Source: Lytechinus pictus
Taxonomy: Eukaryota
Length of the DNA: 64,000 nt
Assembly (NCBI RefSeq): GCF_037042905.1
Contig: NC_087245.1
Coordinates: 36,024,001 to 36,088,000 of the forward strand
Reading direction: 5' to 3'
Every line of letters begins with the position of its first letter. Position 1 is the stretch's first letter. The position numbers were made by a program, and so were the translations under genes. Below are positions 42,373 through 55,408 of this stretch, piece after piece. The notes below the pieces were generated by a model. It saw only the letters and a list, made by a program, of their open reading frames with translations, had not been told where the DNA came from and did no database searches.

Positions 42373-44107
42373 TAGTATGTACAGCATCTGGAAAGCTCTC
42401 GCAACGCAATAGAATATAGATATATAGAAATAGTTTTTGCGTTATATAAGTGCATTATAATTATTATTATTATTATTATAATTATTATTATTTTATTATT
42501 ATTACTATTATCATTATTATTGCTATTATAATTATTATCATCATCATCATCATCATTATTATCATTATTATTATCAAGTCCATACAATCGACAAGAAAAT
42601 GTAGGCCAAATTCCAAAGAAAATTGGGCTTCAAATTTTCCTAGATAATATTTTATCAACAAGTAAAGCGCAGTCATGAATTAAGGATTATGCTTTGTGTA
42701 AGTATGTGAAGCCATTTTTAGTATTTTGCCCATGGTTAGAAGAACGTATATGAAGTATGCTGCCTAATGCAGATGCACGCATCGTGGATAAATCACCCGG
42801 CCCGCCTTGGTAAGGTATGCGCAATTATGATTATCGATTGACGGACACTAGCAAATATCGAAAATCTGGTTGTCATAATAAATGTGAAACGAAACCTACC
42901 ACGCCGCTTATAGAGAGCATGTATAGGAATTGAGGTGGTTCATAAAGCTGTATGATATATAAAGTCACATATGAAATTATGGGGAACTAGATTTTTTTTG
43001 GTGCTAAAATGAATGCCTATATTTCCCCCATACATTTAACACTTGGCTTAAGACAGCTATGAACCGCTCTGATATTTGCAAAAAAATAATAATGTGAGTT
43101 TACTTTGATCTAATTGCTACCTTGACTCGAGCTAATAAAATTCAATTGAAAAAACTCACTGAGCTTTCCTTACTCAGTGGTTTTTGGCTAAATAACTAAT
43201 CGAAGAACAGCTCTGTGGAAGATCCCCCTGCCCTTGCAAAACAATATATATTGTAGATCCATGTAAGCTAGCGTGATTTACTGGGTTTAGCAACATTCAA
43301 TGATTAAGATTGGTTTTTGTAAAAGCAAGGTTTCAAAGGGCCTTTTCACACGTCAATCTTGAATCATCATTGTAATGATGATTGCTATTGTAATCGTGAC
43401 TGTGATTAGCGTTCGTGATTCTAATCATGTTTTAGTTTGGCTTCACACGTGCTAAATATTCGTCATCAGCCTTATTTTCCACTGGAATCATCATTCAAAT
43501 TACGAAAAGAAAATTGCCGTGTGAAAGGGCGGTTAACTGATCTTTGCATCTTTTGGGTGCGCAAACGCATCCTGAATTTATCCTGCATATTTATCGTTCT
43601 TGTATTTTGTTGTATATCAACTGAAGGGGCGTCTTTCTAAGCTTTTTTTTCTTGTATAATAATCTGCAATACTTTAAAGCCAAGTTGAAGGAATGAATGG
43701 GATATTCCTCCTTGCTCCTCCTCTTTCTCAGGCCATTCAACCCTTATCACTCACCATGCATTAGGCAATATCGAATTTCTTACGCCATTTTCTTTTCGGA
43801 TCTTTTCTCCTTGTCGTACGCCCGGAAGCGACGCGTTCAATAATCAGGGGCACTGATTGGGGCTGATTGAATAATATCATACTTCGTTTAGGAGTACGAG
43901 GAAATTCCTTTCAGGCTATTATAGTTGAGTCGGAAATGGGGGTCCCCATGCACGATCTGAAAACATTTTTTCGTCTTTGTGCACCTGACGGGGGCCCCGA
44001 TTTCCGACTTTAGACATTTATGATTGTCGCCCTTCAAACATGTATGTTGGACTTATCTTCCGTTTTTGCCCGGGAGCGTTTGGCATTTTGTAGTTGGCAG
44101 GCCTAGG

Positions 44108-44696
44108 TCCTGGCTGAAAATATTTACAAATATATAAATAGAGCAAAATTCACAGAGCAAAAGAATTAAAATTTAATCAAAATCTATTAACAAATAGCGA
44201 ACTCATTGAATTTCAAAGTTTAGCAATATATTGTGAAAACATTAATGTGCATGTTGTCATTCAGTAGGTGGGCTGATGATGTCACATCTCCACTTTCCCT
44301 TTCGTTATTACATGAACTCATAAATGTTTCATTTTTCATACATGTGATAAATATCCCTTATAATGAAATAATTTGCAGCAATAAATACCTAATGCACTAT
44401 CACTTGTCAATTATTTTGTTTAAAGTTTTATTCATTTTTCGGAGGAAAAAAATGAATAAAACTAATTTCATATAATGAAATACAAAATAACAAGTGGTGA
44501 TATGATATCATCAGTTTGCTCATTGAATATTCATGAAGACATATACCGAGAACTGTTTCACCGGAATAATCCAAATCTTTAAAATGTCAAAACTTTGTTA
44601 TTCCTTGTCTGATTTTGATCAATTTTTCAGTGTTTTGTTTGTCTGATTTGTTCTTTATCTGTTCATATCATATTATTTTCAGCCTGGAGTACCCCT
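44108..44696. mobile_element. Kolobok/T2-like MITE, same family as 17138-17751, left tip truncated
   Basis: Shared internal sequence; ends TTTTCAGCCTGGAGTACCCCT|TTAA. Confidence 0.85.
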
Positions 44697-45394
44697 TTAA
44701 GGCCTGAAATGAAAAATAATCGCCTCAAAAGTAAAATAGATACGACTAAAAAAAAAAAAAAAAAAATGTTCTATGAAGCGCTTTAATATTGCTTCGAGAC
44801 TCCGTCATGTCCGTTCGGGGCCCTTCGCTGAAAGAGTATGCAGTCCAAACATGCCAAATGAATGCAACTCCAAAATTCAATCCCAACTTGATCTCAAGCC
44901 AATCACATGACTGAGCACGTTTTAAAGTTGCGCTTGATTTATTGCAGTTACATACGAGACAGTAACATTATTTCAATTTCATAATATTCAGATTAAGACA
45001 AAATATATTAACCAAAGTGAGTGAATTGATGTAAGAATCAAACCTCTCTACCACCCCAATCTCTTCATGAAAGACAACTCAGTCTTTATTGATTAGATTC
45101 GATGTCAGCACTTTCCTGTTATCTCTATTGTGTTTCCTTTTGTGTCTAGTTATGTAATATATATATATATATATATATAAATGAGGCAAAGTGGTAATGC
45201 ATTGTACTTAGTTCCATCTGAGTTTATTTTGAAGTCCAAATTTTCAACGTTAATCACACGTCTTCTTCAGGGATACAATAAAGCTCACAGTGACAAGAAC
45301 TGAAATAATAACATTCATATATATATTCATTTATATATCCTTAGATGTGTAGATGCCGATGATTGTGCAAAGTGCTCAAGCATGAGTGAACAAA

Positions 45395-45436
<42 letters not shown>

Positions 45437-47266
45437 TCACCATGGTATATTTATATACATGTTTATACATTATGGATTCCTATGAATCGATATGTAAAGA
45501 TAAGATTGACACTTTATCAGTAGTTATCGAAATTTCTTATCTTACAAAGAGAGGTTTAAAAAAACCAGGTAAGATAATGTTGTATCTAGTCACGATTTAT
45601 ATATGATTTTGCTTTGAGAAAACTCTTCTTTTCTTATCTGTCAAAATTTAAAGTCATACATTTTTTTTTTTGGGGGGGGGGTAAACAAGATACAAGAGTT
45701 GCTTTGAGAACTTATCTTTTTCGACTGCGAATGGTTTCCTCATCTCATGCTTGAGTGAACATTGAAAACATGACTTTCTTCTGCTTGTCTAAACGTCCCC
45801 CGCCTAAAATCCTCTTTCCCTAAGTAAAGTTATAGGGGGCGACCCCGGGGTGTTTTGATGAGTGGAAGGAAACAAAACTATTTTTCTTAATTGAATATCA
45901 GGGGAAATATACAGTTACACGACCTAGTTTGTATACCCTCCTTTCTCTCTTTCTCTCTCTTTCACCTCCCTCTGTTTTCTTTTTCTCCCATTTTTCACTG
46001 CTTGAAAAATCATGTGCATGGGGTGGTCGCACACTGCCCATGCATCCCCCCCCCCCCTTACCGCAACCCCTGCATAATATTGTTTTCATTCTATAATATG
46101 TTCCATAATTCCAATGCTCGTCGCAAAGAGATATTTCTTAAATTCACATGAAGAAAACGTTGTTTCATTTACTTTCAAAGATACTGCACCCCTAGTTTGG
46201 AATGCACTTCCTCCAAGAGATACTCCAACCTAGTGATTTTAAAATTGTTATAAAAGGAAACTAAAGTCATAGCTGTTAACGCATACCTAATCCCTAATCA
46301 TATACTTTTCATACGTGAAAATTCAACCTGTTATTCCATCTTCACTAGAATTTATGTTTTTGTATGCGAACTTCCTTTTTGTATTGCATTGCTCTATGAT
46401 TATCTATCTTAGAATTGTCTATTCGAAGATATTTAATATGGCTAATTCCAGTTTGGGGCAATACCTCGACAAGTTATGATTATGATTATTTTTCCCTGTT
46501 TGACTGCTTTTCTTTGTCTGTAAAATCAATGTTCTATTGCGTTTGTATAACTTGAATTATATAATGTAAATTTGTATCTTATTATAGAATGAAATGAATC
46601 TCAAATCGTGGATTAATTCGGTTATCATTGATCAATTTTCAGAAGTTATATATCATTTTAAAGCTAAGGATCTGCATTTATGAAATTACATCTATTTATA
46701 TAGCAATCACCTTCGTAATAGTGAGGACTAAAATGCATTGCCATGGAGGCATATTGTGTTGCGTGTATAAGAACCTGTCTGTAACAATCTTTTATGGCTA
46801 TTTTCTATATATATTTCCCAAATTAAGTTGGTTATGTTTTACTTTATGTGAAAAAATGTTATCAGAAGTATTTTAGTCGACTTCTTGTGTATTTGGGCTT
46901 GGTGACCTTATATCAGAATCGACTGTATATTCAAAATCGTTTTGCGTACCGAATCTTTGATGATCCGAACTTTTGCATCTCATTCAAAATGTCGCTTCTC
47001 TATACTGCATACACTTCCTGACCCGTTTATGTCGGTTCCAAATCGATAACAACAACAGAGAGTTTAAAGATAATCGAATCTTGAATTCAGATGTAACTGT
47101 CTCCAGTAATGTCACTTTCACACCAACGAATCCGACACCAGGCCGATCAAAGCTATTTACTTTGATTCAAATGACACATCATCGAACGGTTTGGGTTCGG
47201 TTATATCTGGTGTGACTGCATCATTTGAAGATTTGGCTCCCCCCCCCCCCTGTTTGACATGTTATA

Positions 47267-47537
47267 CACTCTAAAAATTATTGGGTAAAATGCTCCATGT
47301 GGGTAATTATCTGTCCAACCAACATTGGGCATGTCATTTGGGCATTTTTATTTATCCAATGCGATGAAAATATTGCTCATTCTAAAGTATTGCTGCTAAT
47401 TTTATTTTTACCTAACCTTGGCTTACTGGACAATATTTATGCTTCCCGCTTTGGATAAAAAATGCTGCCCAAAATTTGTTGGACACACCCCTTACCCTCG
47501 TGCTGGTTAAAATTTTACCCAATTTTTTTTTACAGTG
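47267..47537. mobile_element. TA-flanked CACT-ended MITE, same family as 10413-10675
   Basis: Co-linear similarity, TIRs and TA flanks. Confidence 0.87.
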
Positions 47538-47732
47538 TACAATCCTTAGAATTGGTTTGAAATACATGCTTACATTATACGCTTTACCCAACTTTTTTTG
47601 TTGAGGATAATCATTTTGCCAGAATATATAAGCTCTATAATCATGAAGAAAAATATAGCGATGATGATAATAATAACGTTTTATTTACCTCGCCACTTCA
47701 GTGATGAAACTGTTCTACTGCATTCATGACAG

Positions 47733-47880
47733 GCCTCTATTCTAAATGCTGAAGGCCTATAGCAAGGAGGCAGGAGGTCCCATTATTTTTACTTACTAGT
47801 CTTAATTTGGTATATGACTCGGCCAGGGATCGAACCCACGACCTCGCGTTCATGAGGTGGGCGCTTAACCACTGAGCCAT
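47733..47880 (-). mobile_element. tRNA-derived SINE 5' part
   Basis: Minus strand: A box TGGCTCAGTGG, B box GGTTCGATCCC, then a non-tRNA body (AATGGGACCTCCTGCCTCCTTGCT). No intact acceptor stem. Confidence 0.7.
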
Positions 47881-48272
47881 CATTATGTGTGGATTTTGAA
47901 AGATATGCAGAAGTAAGGGAGGTGTTAATTAAAGGGGTATAATGCCTATTAGTTCGGAAACATAACGCAAGCTATATAGAGGGCAAGTTGACCACAGCAT
48001 GGAGTGATTTAACGTTATGCGAAATTTACCCATTTTTTGTCAATATATGCAATTAAAAAAAAGTTTTTGGACAGATAGTGTATCATCATTGCTTGGAAAA
48101 ACTTGAAGACCCGACAACATGCTCGAATGACATGATTGGGTTGCTAATTTTTCAGCAACTATTTCGTCTAGAATCCTTTGTCACATATTTTTGTCTCATT
48201 TTGAAATAGTTTCCACAACCGGCAGTTATCATTAAAGTAATTGTTTCGTCTTCTTTCTTTCTTTTCTTTCAG

Positions 48273-48395
48273 TGAACTCTCTAGAATGTTTCAAATGCCC
48301 TTTATCATCGAGTCATGAGGAGTGTGATACAAACAGCACGACAGATGAGTGTCAGGTCGGGACAAGGACGTGCTCAACACAAGTCAAATTTAAAG
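48273..48395 (+). CDS. Ly6/uPAR gene coding exon 2: (V)NSLECFKCPLSSSHEECDTNSTTDECQVGTRTCSTQVKFK
   Basis: Strong acceptor (tcttctttctttcttttctttcag) and donor AAG|gttagt. 123 nt, phase 1-1. Encodes the L-x-C-x2-C start of an LU domain with 5 Cys. Not in the ORF track. Confidence 0.92.
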
Positions 48396-49062
48396 GTTAG
48401 TTTACACCGGAAAAAGGAGTGCTGTATACTCCACCGGTGCTTATAGATCGATAACCACACAATGACACCAAGCATTGAATTTTTCAATATTGTAAGTGGT
48501 GCAAGTTCAACACCCATTGGTGTTATTATAATAAATTATGTCTGCATTATTCTAACACTGTTCGCTGTTGTTATTATAACAAAATTATGTATGTTATTTT
48601 AACACAGTTCGGTGCTGTGTGCAAACTCCGTGGTGTTGCCTCATCTTAACACCGTACTTTTACAGTTTACCTACAAATACATGGCCGTATGCAGGAATTT
48701 TGACTGGATGTTATGCTCAAGTATAATATATGCAAAGGAGAAGGCGAAGCGACCGATCTGAAAATAGTATTTTATTTCATCTTGTTTTTGCTTTTGCAAA
48801 TTTAAATGAGTGGATCGAGTGCACAATTTGTGTGGATAATCAGGGAGCCAAATCCAACCCCCATCGTAAGGTTATGGGTTTCGGATACCGATATTTGACT
48901 ATATCACGAAATTCAATTACTTTTACAAACATTTCTTATTTATACACCTGGTATAAAAAAATTCGGGGGTGGTGGGGTCTCATTTTTAAATATTATTTTC
49001 AAAGCATGTTATTGGCTTTAATTTGACATCTTTTCCTTTTATTTTTCTCCATTTATTCACAG

Positions 49063-49337
49063 CTGGTAGCCGAGAAGTGCTCCAGATAACCCGGAGTTGC
49101 ATGTTGGATACGTTTTGTCTAGACGAAATAACGCGAAGCGGCAATAAAGAATGTCTCATCAATCCATCATCGCATTATGTATGTACATTTTGTTGTCATT
49201 CTGACTTTTGCAACGACTTGCCCGTTGGACGGGCGACAGAGGGCGCTCGATGTCATCTCGTGGCGGTCTGGATTGCAGTTGCCGTCAGCCTCGCTACGAT
49301 TTTCACGCTTGGTCGGTTCCGGATGCCCGATTCGTGA
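49063..49337 (+). CDS. Ly6/uPAR gene terminal coding exon: second half of the LU domain (..CTFCCHSDFCN) plus a hydrophobic GPI-signal-like tail
   Basis: Acceptor ctccatttattcacag, in phase with exon 2. Contains the CCxxxxCN LU signature, then a spacer and the hydrophobic LVAVWIAVAVSLATIFTLG, stop TGA at 49335-49337. The LU domain has 12 Cys with spacing like the LYPD1/LYPD6 subtype. Confidence 0.93.
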
Positions 49338-51727
49338 CTGCCAACCGACTCAGAAATGATATCATTACCATGGTTACCTGGTTGAGCTCAGATTTTAACT
49401 CTTGAACTTCCATGGCTTCTGGTCTTGATAAATAGGCCATGATGTTCCGACGGAGATGACATGATCTATGGCATGAAACTGTGATGAGAAAATGATAGCG
49501 GTGTCCACTGTCGCGTGCCGCCCGTGGCGTCTGTAGCCTTGGCCTAACGGGTTCTGGAAATAACGACTCAAAATCCCACAAATTAATTATTGAGACCGCC
49601 ATGGATATGCCGACTATTTTGCACACTTTGGCCTCCAACATAATCGAAGGACTGAAACCGCTTGTGAACAGAGTCACGAGAGGAAATTATTTGACTTCCT
49701 TAGCACACTATTTTTGCCATGATACAATAAGCAAGATAAGAATTTGTCATCTTCATTAAACACTTATCAAATTGGCGGACTATGGATACTTCTCGACGAG
49801 AAATTTTCCCGGAGGCACTCAAGGAGTCATCTTTGTAATTGTTGTTTCACAGTATAAATTTGGACAATATACAGCCATGTTAAGAAGAAAAGTGCAGGGA
49901 ACCAAAGTGAGGTTCACTGCAATTCGAGAAGGAAATGATTCGACATTGATATCATTCATGTCATTTAGACGTTGTCTCTGTGAGACTCTTCCAAACTTTA
50001 GCACCACTGTGGCTAACAAAATCTCCTGTTTAGTTGATTATATATATATTGAACTGATCCTTATGCCTAGCTTGTCACAGCCCCCCTCCCCCCGGGAGGG
50101 AAGCATATGGATACATCTCTGCACCTCGGGGTTAACACTGTGCTGCCCACGCGCCTGGCTTTGCGAAGTGCCGCGTGCAAGCCGCTATAGAAAAATGGGA
50201 ATATGTTTAATTTGTGTTTGTCATAAATTGCGTTAAATTTGTGTTTATGACGTTCACATAAATATTATCAGCATTTGAACCAGTAGTTTCATATTCCATA
50301 TAGCGTCTGGGGCTCCGCCCCGATGTTTCGCTCGCTACATTTGTTCTTCAGATAGTGGCGCAGTACAGATTTCCGATAACAAAATGTGACATTACAAAAA
50401 GTAATTGAGAACTCCTGCATGCTAAGACATCTAGTTTTGATACCATAGGAATAAGATAGCAAACTTTTTGCATAGATCATGGAGATATACAAGGATACAG
50501 GAGCTCGTATAACCATTAATTCTATTTTAGCATTACAAACAATAATTTTGTCGGAAAGTCTTGAGGTTATGACGACGGATTCTTCTACGACGGTAAACTA
50601 CTTTATTTGTGCTGTCGGCCGATGTAATTGAAGGGGGTTGTCACTCGGCGGCGTATGGAAGATTCAAGAACATAGTATGTCAAATGCCCTTCATGACAAA
50701 AACAACCAAGAAGTCTTTGTCGAAAAACCGGTGAATCTAAACAGCAGTTTAATCCTTGATTCTGTTACAAACAATATTTTTTTGGAATGTTTCATCTGCT
50801 CTAAAACAAGGACGATACTATACTGTCCCTGCTCATCAATTTTCGATAAAGACCTCACCGCTGTTCTTTGTCATTCGATTGACTGTTTCAATACATCTAA
50901 TCTGTTCTTGAATCATTCCGTATACGTCGCGGAGCAAGGCACCCTAGTCTTTCCGTCCTGAGAATAACTCATTTCTATTTCTTTGGCGTGGGCGCAAATC
51001 ACGTGTCTCAGCAAAACTCTATAATTGTTGTTTTAGCGCAATGCTTATTCACCTCGAAAACATTCGTTAAACAAGGAGGACCCACGGAATCTCAGAGATG
51101 AGCCATGCGCAGACGGTTAAATCGTCAATGTCTTCGTCGTAGAAATACTGTCATGCAAAACAAAAGGCGCTATCCAGAGCGCGAACCGTTTACCTACTTA
51201 ATTGATTAATTAATACCATGATAATTATGATTCGAGCCGACTGATGGCGTGAAATCTATTGGCCGAGAAGAAAAGACCTGTATATTCGTTTCTTTTGAGC
51301 AAGACACCCCACACCACACTTCTCCCCTCTTTGTAATTTCTACATACTCGAATCTGTAAATTTATGCATTGCGGATGCTGTGTGTCAGTTACATGACATT
51401 ATAATATTGGTACTCTTTATTTGATATTCAATTTGAAACGAAATAGATAATAGAACAGTATGCATGTTCAAGTTCCTGTTGTATTAATTATTGACAATAC
51501 AAACTTTAATATTTTTTATACGTACAGTAGCTATAGTAGGTTACTTTTACAGCGCTTGTTGAAAAAGATATTAACTGTTAATTGAATCATCTAAGTTTAG
51601 AACAGTCTCGTAGTCAACTTATAAATAGAATTATGCATCGGTTCTTTTTTTTCTAATTTGGTTGAAACGTTGGATCGTTATTATGATATTTTTTTACCTA
51701 GTCATAAAGCCGGGGTAATAATAATAG

Positions 51728-51815
51728 CAGGGCCCGCTGGGAGAACAGTTTTCGGAACTGAAGCGGCTTCCCTGGGTAAATATACCTGTATTATTATTAT
51801 TATTATATTATTATT
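51728..51815 (+). mobile_element. Probable non-LTR retroposon 3' tail (stem-loop plus (ATT)n)
   Basis: CAGGG...CAGTTTTCGGAACTG...CCCTG nested hairpin followed by ATT repeats. Similar tail architectures at 16062-16200 (+, AAAC tail) and 32455-32690 (-). Confidence 0.45.
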
Positions 51816-52220
51816 TATTGCTCTCATCATCTTTGTCATCGTCGTCGGCGCCATCACCAGCATCACCAAATATCCCTATTATCATTACCATCATCATCAT
51901 CATCATCACCATTATCATCACCGTCATCATAATCACCATCATCATCATCATCATCATTATCATCATCATTATCCTCATCATTATCACTATCGTTATCATC
52001 ATCGTCATCATCATCATTATCATCGTCGTCATCATTAATTATCATTATTACCATCATCAACAGCATTATCATCATCATCCTCGTTATCATCGTCATCATC
52101 ATAATCCCCACTATCATCATTGTCATCATCATCATCATCCTCATAATCATCACTATCGTTATCATCGCTATCATCATCATCATCATCATCATTGTCGTCG
52201 TCATCATCATCATCATCGTC
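51788..52220. repeat. (ATT)n grading into (CAT)n microsatellite; other ATT/CAT tracts at 15900-16062, 38755-38823, 42455-42575 and 52610-52790
   Basis: Read directly. Confidence 0.93.
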
Positions 52221-53559
52221 ACAATTTAGTTACTAACCACTATTATAGAAATGAATCAGTGATTGTTCTCTTCACCTTATATACCATATATAATGTGATA
52301 ATTCAGAATACATTTATTTGATATTGATAAAAGTGTGTTTTAATAAAGTGTTTCAATCATCAAGGATGAATATTATAAGCGTTGATCGTTTAACCAATAA
52401 CTGCTGATATTGTATATAATGTGTTTTTATATATCATCTTCATGTATGTATGTGGCAATATATTATCATTATTTTGTGAATTTTGTAGAGAATTACATTT
52501 TGAAAAGGCCTATGATAAGAGAAAAGGGGAAGAAAGAGCGCAGAGAAGAAATTGCTAGTTTGTATAATTATGAAATGATAGCTATTTCTTATCAATTCAT
52601 TATATGCATTACTTATTATCATTATTATTATTATTGTTATTATTATTATTGGTATTATTATCATTATTATTATTTTCATTATTATTATTATTATTATCAT
52701 AATAATTATTATTATCATCATCATCATCAACATCATTATTGTTATTATTATCATTATTATTCTTGTTATCATCAATACAATTATTGTTGTAGTTGATATC
52801 CTATAAATAAGAATAATGGTCTCATTCAATTGAATTTAGCATTTGAATAACAAATGTATATAAATGAAATCATCTTCCTTTTGATAGCAGTTGTAACAAG
52901 AGTATTTAATTATTTTTCCCGACGCCGATATGTTTTCAATAAAAGCAGAATAACGACTTAAGTGTATCACTTTCCCCAATGTAGTGTGATATGAATATGA
53001 AAGATTAAGTAGGACCTATGCATTGCAATTTCATCAGAAAATTGAGAATGTTGTTACCTGTGCATTTCAAAGAGTATGATCAACTATTCAAAGGAACTTA
53101 TTTTTATGAATTTATGAAAATTTCATTGTACGACATAATGGGGCAGCTGCTCGCATGCGACGTACGGTCGCAAAATGAAAGCAAAAATTAATAAGTTTAT
53201 TTGTTTGTCATTCTTCTTCGTGAATTTTTGTAAGACCTATTATAAGGATATGTTTTATTATTTCCTGCTTTATATTATAAACCGACTTGAAGTCGGTCTT
53301 ACACCAGCACCATAAAAATGCACAAAATTAATTAATTGGGTTTAACCATCTGGACGTTGTTGAATCATATGTGTGTAAACTTCTTTTATTTTGCATTAAA
53401 TCATGTCACATTGCCCTTGTGAATAAATTTAGATAATGATTGTCAATAATTTTCGTACAGACTGTTTAATTTATTGTAATTTTGTTTTGTTTTTCCCTTT
53501 ATTTAACTTTTTGTCCTGAAAATTGAACGTTCTGAGCAATGTTTGTGATCATAAACAAG

Positions 53560-54814
53560 ACACGTACTAAGCTGCGCGAGCTATAATTTTGAATTACTGG
53601 CCCGATTGAACAGAAACCTGTTAAGGACTGTTTGCAGATATGAAGGAAAACGATGCATACTTCAACAATCAAAGCACTTTTTCTAATAATGAGCAAATGT
53701 AAAGATATGTAAATAAATAATTTATGAGAGCGAGAAGCGGAAAAATTGAGATTTAGAACTCAAAATGGGACACTTTATTCATACTTTGTAACGTTTTTTA
53801 TATTCTGATCTGAAACTGGATAATTTAAGCATGTTTTAAATAAGGAACAAGCTGCGTGTCTCATTAAACACGTTTGCGCGAAGTGCAATCTAGCTGATTT
53901 TTTTATTATTATTATGACCTAGGAGCGGGATACAAATTTTGTCATCATATGAAAAGAATAACTATCTTCCTATTCCTCTTCTTAAGTGAGAGCTGATTCA
54001 GCTGAAAATAGTTGATATTCAGATCTAAAAAAAGGAAAAGACATTTAAGGATTAGAAATTCAGGAGAAAGATGTTATTTCATAATTTAATAGGTCTATGT
54101 GCCAAATTTGTTTATATTAATGCCTGAAAACTTGTAATTATGAATAAGATGCATGAGTTAATGTATTTTCAACATCAATGCGAGCGCAAATCACGAGCCG
54201 ATATTGTTGATAAACTGTCATGAAATGGGGATTTTAAGTAATTAAAACTATGTTATAGAATTAATATTGAGATATATATATGCACAACTCACCAATCAAA
54301 ATGAGAGCGTGCATCGCTAGCAGATACGTTTTGACAATTTGACCTGAATAGGGATATGAGAACTTTATGAAATACCGGAAAATATTAGGTCCTGACAAAT
54401 CAAATTTTGCGAGCGCGCAGCGCGAGCAGAAAATGTTAATATACAGACCATAAAACATAAATTTTACAGAGCACTTTTTAAAAATCAATTAGTAAATCAA
54501 ACAAAATAATAGAAGTTCGATTTCCGAGCTGAAATATGTTTTGTATATTGACTTTAAATTTGAAATTTAAGCTCCATATTGAGCAATTAATATATGTAAA
54601 TCACTTAAAAGGCAATGCGAGCGCGAAGCGCGAGCGATATAGTGACATGAAAGATTTTTTAAATTATTTTACAAGTCTTCCCCTCATCTTATTTTATTCA
54701 CTCTCTTTTCCCTTTTTTTTCTTTTTTTTTCTTTCCCCCTCTTATTCTTTTTTTTTCTCCGCCAATGGGGGGGGGGGGTGGACCCCTCGGGCCCCCCTCC
54801 CTGGATCCGCCTAT
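53560..54814. mobile_element. Repeat element with recurring GCGAGCGCGAAGCGCGAGC motifs, ending CCCTGGATCCGCCTATG
   Basis: Motif variants at about 53572, 53727, 53876, 54180, 54303, 54409 and 54617; hAT-like ..TG right end. Left boundary uncertain. Confidence 0.6.
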
Positions 54815-55159
54815 GCCAAGGGATTATGATATGACCAACAAGATCCCCACCCCAGTACAGACACAGCGAAGAAGTTTTATTTTCCTTGATAGGATCGACG
54901 GACTTAAAAAAAAAAAAGTCGAGGTCGCTCGCACACAGCTGCAGATTGCTGGGGCCGCTTTCGTGTCGCCCACTTGATGTGATGCGCCATATGTAAAACG
55001 CATTTTAAATAAATTACCTGCAAACATACTGGTATTTTATCAATCCCTTAAAGTAAACAAAATCATCGTTCATAAAATTATAAGATATAACATGAAATTG
55101 CATCAAAACTGATTTTAAAGCTAGCTAACAAATTTTATTTGTTCATCATATATTTCAGA

Positions 55160-55408
55160 AACACCCCGCTTATAGCGGGGCGACACGGAAGACGGTCCTT
55201 GGAAAGACCCTCTCGTGCAATCGGCCCATCGGCCCCAGCCTGCATGTTGCACCCAGCTCAACTCATGAACTTTGACCTAATTTGCCTGCGATCGCGATCC
55301 TATATCCGACGAGCTAAGCTAGCTAGCTAGCTGTACTGTACGTTGCCGAGAGACGATACGCTGTCTGTGTTTACCGTTTTGTTCTGCTACAGCCTACGCA
55401 ACGGAGTG
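55160..55408 (+). promoter_or_regulatory. Candidate CpG-rich promoter and non-coding first exon of the LRR gene
   Basis: High local CpG density and a donor-like GTG|gtaatg at 55409. The exon at 59506 begins with an acceptor, so an upstream non-coding exon is expected. Confidence 0.45.

Larger units (their letters stand above)
49338..52347 (+). other. Putative ~3-kb 3' UTR of the Ly6 gene ending near AATAAA 52342-52347
   Basis: Largely transposon-poor sequence after the stop. 52342 is the first canonical AATAAA I found by eye. The end point is inference. Confidence 0.4.

Noticed and set aside
47810..47880. tRNA gene
   Set aside because: A and B boxes are present but there is no proper acceptor stem and it runs into a SINE-like body. 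Similar relics at ~10093-10130 and ~33802-33865.
49023..49062. N-terminus of ORF 49023..49337
   Set aside because: It is the polypyrimidine tract and acceptor of the intron; coding starts at 49063.
49303..50961. 107-154-aa ORFs downstream of the Ly6 stop
   Set aside because: No domain signatures or splice support; consistent with 3' UTR.
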